Under the pieces are notes generated by a model, which did not search any database, was not told the DNA's origin, and worked only from the letters and a program-made list of their open reading frames with translations. A stretch of 64,000 nucleotides of DNA from Phoronis australis. Taxonomy: Eukaryota; Animalia; Phoronida. The stretch's first letter is position 1. The number at the start of each line of letters is the position of its first letter. The translations under genes were made by a program, and so were the position numbers. This document shows positions 39,901 through 53,388 of this stretch, one piece after another. The stretch is from positions 14,318 to 78,317 of the forward strand of contig NMRA01000682.1 in NCBI GenBank assembly GCA_002633005.1, read 5' to 3'.

Positions 39901-42900
39901 CATCTGGATTGCGCTGCGATAAACATACATGTAATTCCTTTGACACAAATACAGTGCGCAACAACAAATACAATGAAACCCGTCACTTACAGTGTGTTTT
40001 AGCAGTACAAAATGGTGCAAAATATTTCGCTCTTGTAACTGGAAAATGATTTCAAATAAAATGTTTCGAGAAGTACTCCTGTGCATTGCTGGTAGCGCGA
40101 GGGAAACCAATTTAATTGTAATTGACGCCCTCTCGACTTGTTTACGGGACTTTTGTCGTCAACGAGATGGCATTTGTGTTAGACGCACATGTAACAGAAA
40201 CAACGTGGCAACATGTCTTGCAAAGCTACATGGTGTCGCTAATTCCCAATTCAACTATAGGATGCTTCATAGCAAGACACTAATCATAGAAAATGAAGCA
40301 AGTTTTCGCCAACATGAAAAAGAATGTTACAAATTCCCGCCATTAACTTGAGACTATCAAGAGAAAGTGAACTTTCGAAAACGATCCTCGTTGTCAGAAT
40401 ATAGTCTGACAGTATTTTTAGTTGCATTGTTTTGTTTTGTTATTCTGTTTGATTGGCATGACCCCTGAGTTAAGTACAGTGATGATGCAATTTGTTTACT
40501 ACAAAATAGTATGGAACATTCTAGAAGACTGAGGTCAGAACAGTGATGATGTAATTTGTTTACTGCAGTATAGTATGGAACCTTCTAGAAAACTCTAGCA
40601 TGACAGTGATTAATGCAGTCTGGAATATTCTAGAGACTAGTACATGTTTGTAGAATGATTGGGTAGGTTCCAGAAAGTTCTGGTATGTGCTTGAATTGAT
40701 GAAAAGTTCTAGATCAATGCATTAGGCTATAAATACACAAGCATGGTTTTGTGTTAGTCACTTGAGTCCAAGAAGATTAAGTGAGTTGAGTTAAGAGAAG
40801 ATCACGTCGGGAGATCAAGTGAGATCAAGTAAGTTCAAGAAAGTTTATCAGGAGAACTACAGTTGAGTTGCAGTGAAGAGAATCAGTAGTTACAGCGATA
40901 GTCAATAGAGAGCCAGCTATAGAGACAGCAGGTTATTGAATCGAGTGTAAGAGTTGCTGGAAATATCTCAGAAGTTCAACACAAGTCAAGGCTTCGCAGC
41001 ACTGGCTGGAACATAAACAGACATTACGTCGGACCTGTTGTTTCAGTAGGCTTGTGAACGTACGGTCGGGATTAATAAAGGATTAACTCGAACCAGTCTT
41101 CAGTCAATCTTCGCACCGAAAGCTATTAGCACCGGTCTGTAACAACCTGCGCCCACCCACACACGGGGAAAAACGTGACACTCGTAGTGGACGAACTGCC
41201 AAAGTATATACATGTAATGGTACAATTGTGTTAAATGTACACTGTACGCCCCTTTGACTTGTTTTCACTTCTTCATTTTATCCCTGATCAGTGGGCGAAA
41301 TTGACGTTTCGCATTTTGGGTATGAACATTATGCTAAAGGGCTATTAATAAAACCAAAGGTTTTTGACTTCTACGCTACATGGCAATCAGGCACTATATG
41401 AGACAAAAATCTACATTATACATTTACAAGCAGCCCTACACTAAACTCTGCCAATGTCGGTGCGAAGAACAGCGTACTGGTTTCCCTTGTAATGAAAGTA
41501 ATGCACTCAAAAAAGCAGGTGCTTACTCCAACTTAAAACATTTACCTCTTTCGGGCATCGAACCCTGCCCAAAGTCACAACTTTACTCACGCGCCAGGTC
41601 AGATGCACGATTGCAGTAACAATGTATTAATATAATTACCACTGTATAAAATGTAGAGCTGGAATGCCAAGTTCAAATTCGGAGTTTGCCCCACGCATGC
41701 GTGGAAGTTGTTTGCATTCGCTTGTTCCAGCGTTTTTGTTACTGTGTCTTACGGTGGAATGTTTAGTACAAACACAGTAAGCTTAGAACGTTTACCCCCG
41801 AAAACATCTCCCAATTAACTTTCTTTTATTTGGAATATTTTGCTTTCTAATAATCCCAAACATGTTCAAACGGAAGAGCATTTGCTTGTATCTCAGCGAT
41901 TCGGGAGGCCGTCCGTGGGTACTACATCTGCTTAGCAGCTTGGTGTAACATACAGCCATCTAGTTCAATTAAAATAATTTCAAAAGTTTACAATGTAAAT
42001 AAAATATGGCCATATGATCAAGCACAACCCGGTGAGTTCTAATAACCAATATATATGATAAAAGGTCACCTTATGTCCCGTTTTTAGGTTTTTCGTTTAT
42101 TTGCAATTAAGTCTTACCTTCCATCAATCACTTTAATGCTCAGTCCATTATCTGATTTGTAGGTGGCCTTCGTAATTATTGCAAGACCATCATACAGCCC
42201 ATTATCTACAAGATCAAGAGAAGAGAATGACAACGATTTCGAAAAGATATCCATTAGTGGAGAGTAACAGTCTAATAGCTACAAAGGTTACATGTACTCA
42301 TAGCGGATCTAGAAATGCTTGGTAGTATAAAGTTTTTTCATTATTTTATGTTGAGATGGCCTTCCTGAAGCATAGCTGGTTTATAATCATGACAATTTTG
42401 AGCTTTTTAATATATGCAAATTAAGGCTGACATTATGTAAAATTCTATTTTTGCTTACAAGTAACACGGGTAGATCATTTTGATGTTTTTATCTATGTTT
42501 CCAAAGTCAGTGAATTCAGTGAAGCTAGAATACAAAGGTGGAGAGAATGAACTATTTAATTTAAGGCCGCCGTTACTCAAAACCCCTTAAACTTGACACA
42601 GACATCAAAAATGCTCCATATACAATGACCATGTTCATGCTTTTATGTTCTAGCTGCAAATTATGGAATTCCGGTAGTCTTTGGGAATGGACTTTGGTCA
42701 TCATGTGAAGAGCATTTTACCGTTGGATTGTGGAGATCAGGGTTGCATATCTGCTGGTTTGGTGTCATCTGATAATGCAGAGTTGGAGTTTAAGGAATCA
42801 TAGACTCTATTCACGCGGCGGACATTTAAATCCAAAGCGAGGCTCACTGCGATAAACAAAGCGGAAATTTACATTGCGTGAGTTAAATGGCCGGTCTTTG

Positions 42901-45900
42901 GAGTCCAAACCTGAATATCATATCCTAAAAAATATGTCAATAATTAACCTCAGAGACGTAGAAAAATACAGTTAAAGAACAAGTCAATGCACCAAAGAGT
43001 TGTCTGACAAAATGATACATGTATGTGTTGTTTTCCGGAAAACTATTTTCGAAACATGAAAAGTAAACATGACCAAATTGCGGCGATCGTAGTGTTACGG
43101 ATTAGGTACATGTACCATGCTGAATGCAGGGTTAGGTTTCTTCTAATAAATTCTTGATAAAAATGCTTTCTACACGAACCAGGTCATCTGGTCGTATTGT
43201 TGACGAGTTGAAGATATATTCGACAGTGGTGGCTCATAGCATTTTGCTGTCATGTGCAATTAGTCTCATCTGGTTTAATTTGATGATCAAGAGTAAGCCT
43301 ATTAGCTTCAAGCATAGCCTAAGTCCTGGTGAGGTAGGCACTACCGGGACTAACAGTTGATTTGTCACTGATCTGAAATAAAAGTGATGTTATTAAATAT
43401 GTATTTTGATTACGATAAAAAACTAGGCTCGCAATTGAAAATAAAAATTATATGACCATCAATTCTGCTTTCTTGGTTTTAATAATTACGTCTATTTCAT
43501 ATGTTATATTTTTCAAATATCAATCTCGACCAAGTTGAATTTGAAAATTAAAAACCTAATCCTTTCTTCGTTTTAGAGCTCAATTTCAGTTAACTGGACA
43601 GAACACAGTGGCGGATTTAGAGGGGAGCCAAGGGGCTATGCCCCAGCCCCCCCCCCCCTAAATCCGCCTATGATTTTGTACTTTTTCAAATTGTCACCTC
43701 TGTGGTCACATGTGATTTGAACCGTTGGAGAGAAATTTTCAATCACAAAGGGAATTTTTATGCCTCATGGCCGGAAATTTCACGTGGTTTTTCAATATTT
43801 TTGAGAGGGGAATAGGGCCGATATTTGGCCCCAAAACTGAGGGACTGAGGGCCCTGTCCTTTTTGTAAAGAAAAATGCATCGCGCTTCAACCCATAGTCA
43901 TGAAAACACAGCCTGGCTGGCCGAAGATTCTCCGGTCCTCGTTGCTATGGCGTCATCCAATTAGAGATGCGACAAATTATGATTCGAAAACAGTTATAAA
44001 TTTTACACGAACATATTTTCCCTCGTCACGGCGTATGGCAAGGACCCAACGCTTCCGAATCCCAACGTCCTTAGGGATTGTAAAACAGAGTGTCCGTATT
44101 TTTTCTAGCTGTTCGAGCAACGCGGAGTACAACTACGCGGATAAGCCACCAGAGCTATCGTAGCGAGCCTCGTTTTGGAACGCGCCTCCTGTCGGCGTGA
44201 ATAGGGTCTATAGCTTGGCTAAATCATTAGGGCAGTTAGTACAGTTACACTCAGCCAACCGGTATAGACAAGATGACTCAGGATGAATAGTATGATATGT
44301 CTTGTGAAATTGGGTGTAATTCCATTATGTGCACTGAAAGTGGACCCCCGGCCTCAGATATTTAAGCGTTTGTTGAAATTAGCACGATATAAATTTGATA
44401 ACATTTATAGTTAAGGTTTACAGATCTTAACAACATACCCTGGGGTATTCTAATATTGGTAGTAAAGGTTCTTTATAGACTTAATGCCGTCACCTTATAC
44501 ACGACATTCTTGGTTCCCTTTCAAGATTGATTTATGGCCTCAAAAATTGTATTACGTAAAGAACTAGGTTACAGTGTATGTCAACGTTCCTGTCCACGGA
44601 CCCGTTTTTGACAGGAACGTCATGCCTTTTAAAGATTTGTTCTGCCATCCCCCTGTCTAAAACCAGCCTAAGCTTCGTTAAATAAGTCGTTATTGTTGGC
44701 TCAACTTGTTAGACAAGAGCTAGTTTACAAGTTTCGTAAAAATCTTCCCGAGAACAGACAAAAGTGAAATACCCCGATAATTATTTACGTCATTGACGTT
44801 CCCTTGCTTATGCAAACGTCACACCAGGCTCAGTTCAGTAACGCTGGGACCTCGCTAAAAAGCAAGACTTTACGAGATTACGTGAGATATTGCCGTGTAT
44901 TTTGAATAACAACACGTGACTTTGGCTAGATATTAGCTAGGTCCTAGCGTTACTGAACGCACACCTGGACTGAGGAAATTCCCCTGATCGTAGAGCACCA
45001 TTAAAAATCTAGGTCAAAACAGGTGTTATATTGTTATATAATCTTTGGTGGATTAAACAGCCGATTTCATAAAGGTGGTTCAACAAAACCATTTTTAAGA
45101 CGTAAAACTGGTCTTCCTAAACCTCACGAACCTGGTCTAATTTTAGACCTAACAAACGTGGTTTAAAAGTGTGAAAGCCTGGTTTTGTTAGACCAGGGAG
45201 CCGGTTTAATAAAACCAGGTTTAAGGTATCTAAGCCACCCTGTTGTGTCGATCTGGATTAACTCAACAAAGAAACTATTGAAGTGCTTCGATGAAACCGT
45301 TATCGCGTGGGTATACAATGGCACCCACTAGTAGAATGAGTGCAGACATTTGCGCAAAAGTTCTAAGTTTTTCTCACGAGGAAAAATGTAATGTCTGTGC
45401 CCAACACCCCTACACACATTAAAACATATGCTCACGATTATCCACAACATGATAAATGTCCAAATTTATTTTTGTGCCAAAGAGGGCAAGACCCCTTCCC
45501 GGAAACATTGAATCAGAGACCAATGGAGCTGGAACTCAGAAGAATGAGAAGATGATGTCTCCAGTCAAACCCGTGACGCTTACGACGACGACGCCCTGCT
45601 CGACCAGTCGCATTCTGAGGAATCCGCCGGACACCATTCAGCACCTGCTTGTCTACACATAGGCGGATTCAAGGGGGTCGAGGGGTCCGGATCCGCTTTT
45701 TCCCTTGATTTTAGTGATATCAAATCTATGATTTTCAAATTGTTGACTTGGGCGCCTCTTTTAAAAAGTCCTTGACCGAACCATCTAAAAATCGTGGATC
45801 CGCCCCTTCTACATTTGATCTAATGTCGGCGTCAAGCTGAATATTGAAAATAGTCCATTTTCTCTCTAAAACTGTGTCGTAAATGCACACCGAGGCATCA

Positions 45901-48900
45901 TTCAGTTGTAGCTATATCATTTAAATCTTTCCTATTTAACAGTTAAACTTGGGGCTGACCAAGTCTAAAGTTAAACCTGGTTTAAGATCTTAATGCAGGT
46001 CTAAAGGTTTTAGACCTAGTTGGTGAAATGAAAGTTGAATTAGACCAGGTCTAAATTGGGGTTAAACTAGGTTTTACTAGACCACTGGTCTAAAAGTTAA
46101 GCCACATTTATGAAATGCAGATTATCTTTAAACCTGGTCTAAGTCCAGTTTAAACCAGGTTTAAATTCAAACCACCTTTATGAAATCGGCTGAAAGAGTT
46201 CATAAACGAGTTCGACAACACTGGAAGCTTTACCGTTCGGTAGGTCTCGAAGAGCGACAAAAATCTCACTTTCACTAAAATCATGATCCAGTTGATTTGT
46301 GTCGTCTACCAGACAGTCATTACAATACACATCATGACTTGTCAAGTTTCTTTCTATTTGTCCAAGCATGCGTCCATTATTAGAATTTCCTTGGTTAATG
46401 AGTGACTGAAAGTGGCAAAACAATTCATCGGCAGAACTACATGTAGAAGTATCTGAGGGTCACTTTCCTAGAGCATGATTTTACTGCTGTAGCTGCCAAA
46501 ACGCTCTGGGATTGTTAACATTTTCAATAATTTTTTCCCAGACCATCTTTAACTAACTTTTCTTTTGACTTACAATTCACATTGAATTTTTGTCGCAATT
46601 CTTTGTACTTATTAAAAGTAACCTGATCATTATGATGTCGGAAACCAGACAACGCACATTTTTTCTCTCTTTTCAGTAGCTCTAACAAATTTAACCGCGA
46701 CACTGGAGTGTACAATCATGTCGCAGGCAGATGATTTATACCGTTCCTTTAAGAACTGAACTGCGTCTTCCACTGCTCTCAATTAGATTTGCAATATCAC
46801 TAGGGAACACTTGGAACCCACTAGCAAACGTGTCCATGAACTGACTACAGCGTTCAGTCTTCCATCTAACTTTGTCATATTCACGGACGACATAATTTGT
46901 GCTATGAACAGTGTGATCCTTTGACTGAGTAAAGTTGTGAAAAACACAAAAAGAAGATGATCAGATACATCCAATAAATCAACTTTAAAATCTGATACAA
47001 AATCAAACAATTCAGTAGACAATATTACGTAATCAACTACACCACACCCTTTATTAGATAAACAAGTAAACTCTTCTTCCTCATCACCTGCAAATCGACC
47101 AATACATGCATGGATATTTAACTCGAAACACATTCCCACAAAAGATTTTCCAAATGAATTAATAACATGATCTTTATTAATCTTTGAAAAATTAAAGGTA
47201 TCTGAGTCATACCATTCACGTGAGGGCAAAAACTCTGCTGAGTCTTCTTGAATATAATCGAGAAATAAGCACATATATGTCGAAGCCGAGTCCTAAACAG
47301 ATGTATGTAAGCAACAGAGATTTTTTACTTGGTTAATGAAAAGTTTGAGGTCACTTCTGTAATTAAGTCTCTGCAAAAATCTATAGAAACCGCCCGCGAA
47401 GAGAACGCGCTTTTACAAGATTTTGTGATAAAGCTTGAATCTAAAGATGGATACTTAGGGAACCGGTCACGCAGTGACAATGTTGTTTTCCATGGGTTTG
47501 AAGAGAAAAGTGTAGACTCGAACGAGAGTGGATGGGAGGAAGAGTCTGAAGAGATTATCATGCAATTCCTGAAGAACGATCTTCATTTAGAAGGCGTCTG
47601 TATTAAGCGCGACCGTAGGATTGGTCGTCGACAGCGTGGTAAAAAAAAAACTTTAATTGCCAAGTTTTCGTCGAAAGACAAACGCAAGGTGATGAGCAAA
47701 AAGAAGGACACAACTAATGAATCAATTCACATCTCTGAAGATTTTTCTATGAAAGTAAGAAAAGCCCGAAGGGAGCTGTACACGTTTTCAAACGAAAACA
47801 ATATGGAGAAAGCAACAATACAATTCCACAAGCTCTATTGGCTTAAAAACAGTTTATTTACAACGATGCAGAGAAAATGGTTAAAGAAATAAAGCAAGAT
47901 ATCTACAAAAATGCTTAGCAGTTTGGCCATGGCCCAGAGCCTACAAGGACCTGCGAAATGCGTACAACAGTCTGGAATGTACACGGATTAGGTACCAAAA
48001 CAGAGAACAAGAGTATCAGTTCTTTATCTTCTTTTGATTTAGTTGGAGTTGTGGAAACTTGGGCAGCGAACGAAAACCAGTTTGATAATTTTTACCTGGG
48101 TACAAATGTTTCAGTAAAGTTAATTTAAAGAAAAAGACGTTTGGTAGAAACTCTGGTGGAGTATGTGTGTTTGTAAAAATGTATAGCTCGGTATGTAACT
48201 CGAGTGAAGTGTGATTTCGATTTTGATATTTTTCTATTAATTGAAGAGTCTATTGTGTACTGAAAATGATGTATTATTCTGTTGGGTTTACTTGTCACCG
48301 AGGGTGCGTCAGTGTATGAAAATCAAATCGAAAAGAATGGTGTAGAATTCTTGAGAAGTGGTATTGAAGATGCCCTTTTGAATCTCCACAATGATGTATC
48401 TTTTTATTGCTGGCGATCTTACAATGCTAGAATTGGCAAACTCACCGATTATATTCAAGATTTCGTTTCAAATGATACAGTCACGCAAACGACCCTAATT
48501 CTAAAGCTTAATAAAATCATCCAGAGTCATGTAACCAAGACGATGAGCAAAACTACCCTTAGCCGCCAAAATTTACATGAATTGTGCAAAGTCATGTAAT
48601 GACCTACTCATTGGCGACAACAAATAGGTTCAAATATCACATAGTGCCCTGAAAGGAAAATATAAGCAGGAGCCGAATTTTAAATAATGGCGCCCGTTGT
48701 ATACACACACGTACATTACGCAAATTTATCATGCAGCAACCTGTAAACATTTTTCCTTAAACTAATTAATCACAGAAAAATGGGTGCAATTATCAGTATA
48801 ATTTACCCGTAGCGTCGGATACCACAGCTTTAAGCAAAAGCAGAATTTTTAACTATAAATGCCTCAATTTGCATATTTTATGCAAAATGTCAATGTATCC

Positions 48901-51900
48901 GCAATCAAAGTAGCTACATTAAATTTACTGTCCGCATGAACAAGGGTGTAAATATCAATATAATTTACCAGAAGTGCTCCATACCGCAGCTAGTAGCACA
49001 AGTAGAGTTTACAAAAATGGTTTCTCCACTTTGCATAATTTATCTGTGTATTCTCCTCCAAAGTAGCTCCATTTTATCCACTGACCATAGACACATGAGT
49101 GAACACATCAAAATAATCTAGTTGTAATACTTGGTAAGGAAGTTATTAGCAAAAACAGAATTTTGCATAATGTCAGCCTTACTTTGTACATTTAAAAATG
49201 CTCACAGTTGTCATGATTACAACCCAGCTAAAATGCTTCAGGAGGGCATCTAGACATGAAACAACCAAAAAACCTTATACTACATGTACCATAAATTTCT
49301 TGGTACCCATTTTTGGCTCTTAGACTACAAGATGTCAGACGTCACTCAACCGTAACAAAGAACTTGTAGTTAAGAGCAAGCAACAAACTGTGTGCTGTAA
49401 AATGATGATTGCACGGGCGAATAGACTGAGCTATGAGCAATTGTGTTCACGGTGGATTACGTATGATAATTATACATTAATTTTCAGATTTCGCTCTTAT
49501 GAACATCTGTGTTTATGGAGCCCCACAGGTTGAAGCAATTTCAAAGACAAAATAAAATGTCACTACGGGGCACATCAGCAGACGGATCTACCGGATGTTT
49601 CTTTCCTTGCCAGCAATGCAGGTTGAGCACGGTAACGAGACAACCGGAAAGTCAGTCAGCTACTGTCTCATCAATAAAAACAAATGACAAATCCATGATC
49701 ATACTCCAATTAAGAATTCGGCTACCGGAGTTTTGGACGCTAAAATAACAAACGTTAATTTTCTTAAATTGTCTCTATTCGGCCCAGTTTATGCCTGACT
49801 CAATAAAAAATAAGCAAAATTTTAACTAAAACATCCATACTCAATTACGTTTCCAGGAAATCTATTAAAGTGTATACAACATGACTCTAGTACCTCAAAA
49901 TAAATTTTATTATTATATCTTACTAGATTTCAGTGCCTTTAGTGCACAGCTCATAAAGAAACACGCAAAAATTGAAGAAATAATAATTATGTACAACGTC
50001 ATGGGTTGAACCCAAGTCGTTCGCCATACTGTTCGGATCAGAGACAAAGTGCATAGAGTGAAGAGAAAGCAAAGTACATTTAGCGTCGAGAAGGTTCGTA
50101 GATGGACCAAAAGATGTGTTTCCGGAGGCTTCAGCAACAGCAGCCAGGCGGAGAACGTCTCGGTGTTCCGAAGGACACCAAAGTTGCGCAGAAGTGGCAT
50201 CGCTTCGTGTGCCGAACAAGAGTGTGGGACGTCATCGTGGACCAAGCGATTCGGTCCGGGGCCACTCTGTGTCCTGCCCACTTTGAGGACTCGTGTTTCG
50301 ACTCCAGTCACAGGAGACGTTACGATGAAGGCCTGGTTCAATAAGGGACAATATTTATCATTCAGAAACATCAGCTCTTAATTCAGGATCGTCTGTTGGA
50401 TGACTTGGTTGACTTGCTGAGCCCGAGGCCACTTCTCTCGCGGGAGGATCCAGTTCGTGAGGCTCAAAGTAGAAAAGTACGGAGCCGGAAGCAGATTAAA
50501 CTTGTTCTCGCTTTCGTGCAACCCCATTTCCTCATCCTGGCCACCATTCCCGTACGTTTTTTCATAGTATTCGTTCAATTCTTGCTCATAATCGTCGTCG
50601 CGTTCAAATTCCCTGCTCTCCGCCATTGTTCAATGCTAGTCACTGATCTCTTGTGTTCAACCCATGACGTCACATGGCGGGAAATGTGAAAATTGGCAAA
50701 ATTGAAAGAAAAATCAAAATTTCGAGCTAATTACACAAAATAAACATGGGTTTAGCTAAATTTTACGTCATACATTTAGCCTGTGGCCACCGGTAATTCA
50801 AAATATGGAAAAATCCATGTGTGTACTGTCTAAAGGGTTTAGTACATTACAAGGCAGGCAAAAGATGTAAAATTAACACATGCAGGCATACAGTACATGT
50901 AGCAAAGGTCGGACTGTTTAAAATTGGCGAATGCCGTTCAACTAATGATTGACCTGCAACTTAAGCGTTTGGGACATAAATATGCTCACCCTGGACGGTC
51001 GGACGGACGGTCGGACAGTTACAAATGACGGCAAAAGGAACCCCTTGCATAATTAAGATCAATCCCCGGGCATGAGAACGTACCACAAGTTCCTTTGTGA
51101 TCCTTCTTTAATGACGTTTAGTGAAATACTTGGCACTCCCACTACTTTGCACAGGATCAACGAGATCAAAACGTGGTCCCTAAGGAAAAACTTACCATCA
51201 GAAACAGTCACACGAAATAACACTTGTGTGCCAGCTGCAGCAGGGTTTTCTGCGGTGTAGATCGCATTGGAGGAGGAGTCCACAATTTCCAGCCTCAATG
51301 TAGGAGTGACTTGTACAGGACTGACAGCGGTGACAGCTTCCCTGGAGTTGAGCACGATAAATGTCAGATGTCTTAAGGCATGAAACCAGCTGGCAAGCCC
51401 CGGGACAACATGGGACGTGGCAACTAACAAATGGGTGAAGAAGAGGGAAACAATGTCGTGATTTTTGGAAGTAATTTGTCGATAACTCGGGAACTGTTGC
51501 CATAAATGATTGGTTGCTGTACGCCATATACTTTGTGACATTATTGAAACATTTTTGGTTCCTCGAACTGTTTAACATACCGACTTGTCCAAGTATAAGC
51601 TATTTTGTAATAAATAAAATGGTATTTTTATCTAAATTTAGTCAGAATTTAATGCGGTATTGTGGTGCCTATCTGCTAATTGTCTATTTCTAAGAGGACA
51701 TGCACGGCATGTAAATGCCGAATTTCGGTAAAGTACTTGGACCTAAACCTGTCGAGATTTCATCGAGAATTTACCTGAATTAATGGGTTCAAGTCGATAA
51801 ACAAGTAGATACTGGGTCTCGGCTTTGTTCGTCGAAGCCTTACATATTCAGTTTCAATCTTCAAAATCTACATCTGATTGTGAATAAAACCTACTCAGCC

Positions 51901-53337
51901 ATCTATAAATGTACAGCTAGGTATGACTGTGTGTGAAACCCCGAAATTTCACACAGCCTGAGTTAGCGGTCGGCGCCGGGGGTGTGTGCAAAATCTGGGA
52001 GTCAACCGACACTCAACATACATGTTGCAGCAGTTATAAGTGAAAGGCAATCTATTGAACGTCATTTTCTTGCATAATTCTCAGCCTTCTGTAACAATGA
52101 AAAGTATGTTGTCGTCTTGAAAGACGGGTTGAGTTCAGTAGGCTAGGACCTACGCTAGAACCTTGCTAAAATTTAGCGAAAATTACGTGTTTTCATTTAA
52201 AAGACACGTCAGTATCTCACGTAATCTCGCAACGTCTTGCTTTTTAGCGAGGTCCTAGCGCTCGCTGGTTCCCTACGTGCCTAGCCAGCCAGCATGCAGT
52301 ATCACGCAGTAGCACGCACTCTAGATAGCATTGGTTGATGTAACCTCAGCAGTCATTGGTTAGCTTTACAACACCGTGAAAAATTGGCGGACTGTGAACA
52401 ATTTTTAGCCTTGTCATGCAAATGGCGTCGCAGCAACTACAATTCGTTTTTGTAGTGATGTTTAATAGCCGCGTACTTGAAGCACATACATGTACATGTA
52501 CAATAAACACATGGCCTATTTAACCGGTCTGTAATTCATAGTGTTTGAATACAGGACAGTATCGTAAACAAAAGTCATCGACAGCAGATGCACGCATTCC
52601 GAAAAGGCGCAACCACAATTTCAAGGATTCACATTTCCTGAACATAAATTTTAAGCACCGATTTGTCTGAACAACAGACCTCATTTACTCTTCAGTCCAT
52701 CAGTAATGCCAGAATGTATCTTTGATGCCAGTTTGTTTGCGTAAAGCGCTGCGTGTTGAGAATTCGACTAGCCAATCAGAAACGCCGGTGTAAAAAAAAT
52801 TAAGGAAAATACCTGCGTGTTGGCTACTGACCACTTAGCGGTCGGGAGCCGGTCAATTGCAGCTTGCAGAAAAACCCGGCGCCAACTGCCTATAAACCGC
52901 CAAGCACGGATAAACAGCCAAGGACATCTTTACACCAGAGAAGTGATCAATATATGTCAAGCCATAGAACTGGAATGCCAACTTTGATCTCGTGCAACTC
53001 AGAGGTTGCGCGACGCATGGACGGCATTTGTTTCCATACGTTTGTTCTGGTGTTGATTTTACTATATACATAAATGGGATAAACATGTAAGACTATAGGG
53101 AGGAATGTTTTTTAATAGAAAAGATACATTTTTAAAAATGTTATCACTAATAATTTCTTCCAACCAAACTTCACCCACACTTTTTGGAATATTTTGCTGT
53201 CTAATAGCCCCCAAATTGCAAACAGTAATTGCACAGACATCAGGTCCTCAGTAGCTTAGTGGTAAGAGCACAACAGAGAGACCTGTGGTTCGATTCCCAG
53301 TTGGGTTCCTTATTTCTCTGTTGTCCAACGTCAGCGG

Positions 53338-53388
<51 letters not shown>

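Noticed and set aside
53243-53310. tRNA gene
   Set aside because: A and B boxes are present but there is no anticodon arm or acceptor stem; SINE-like.
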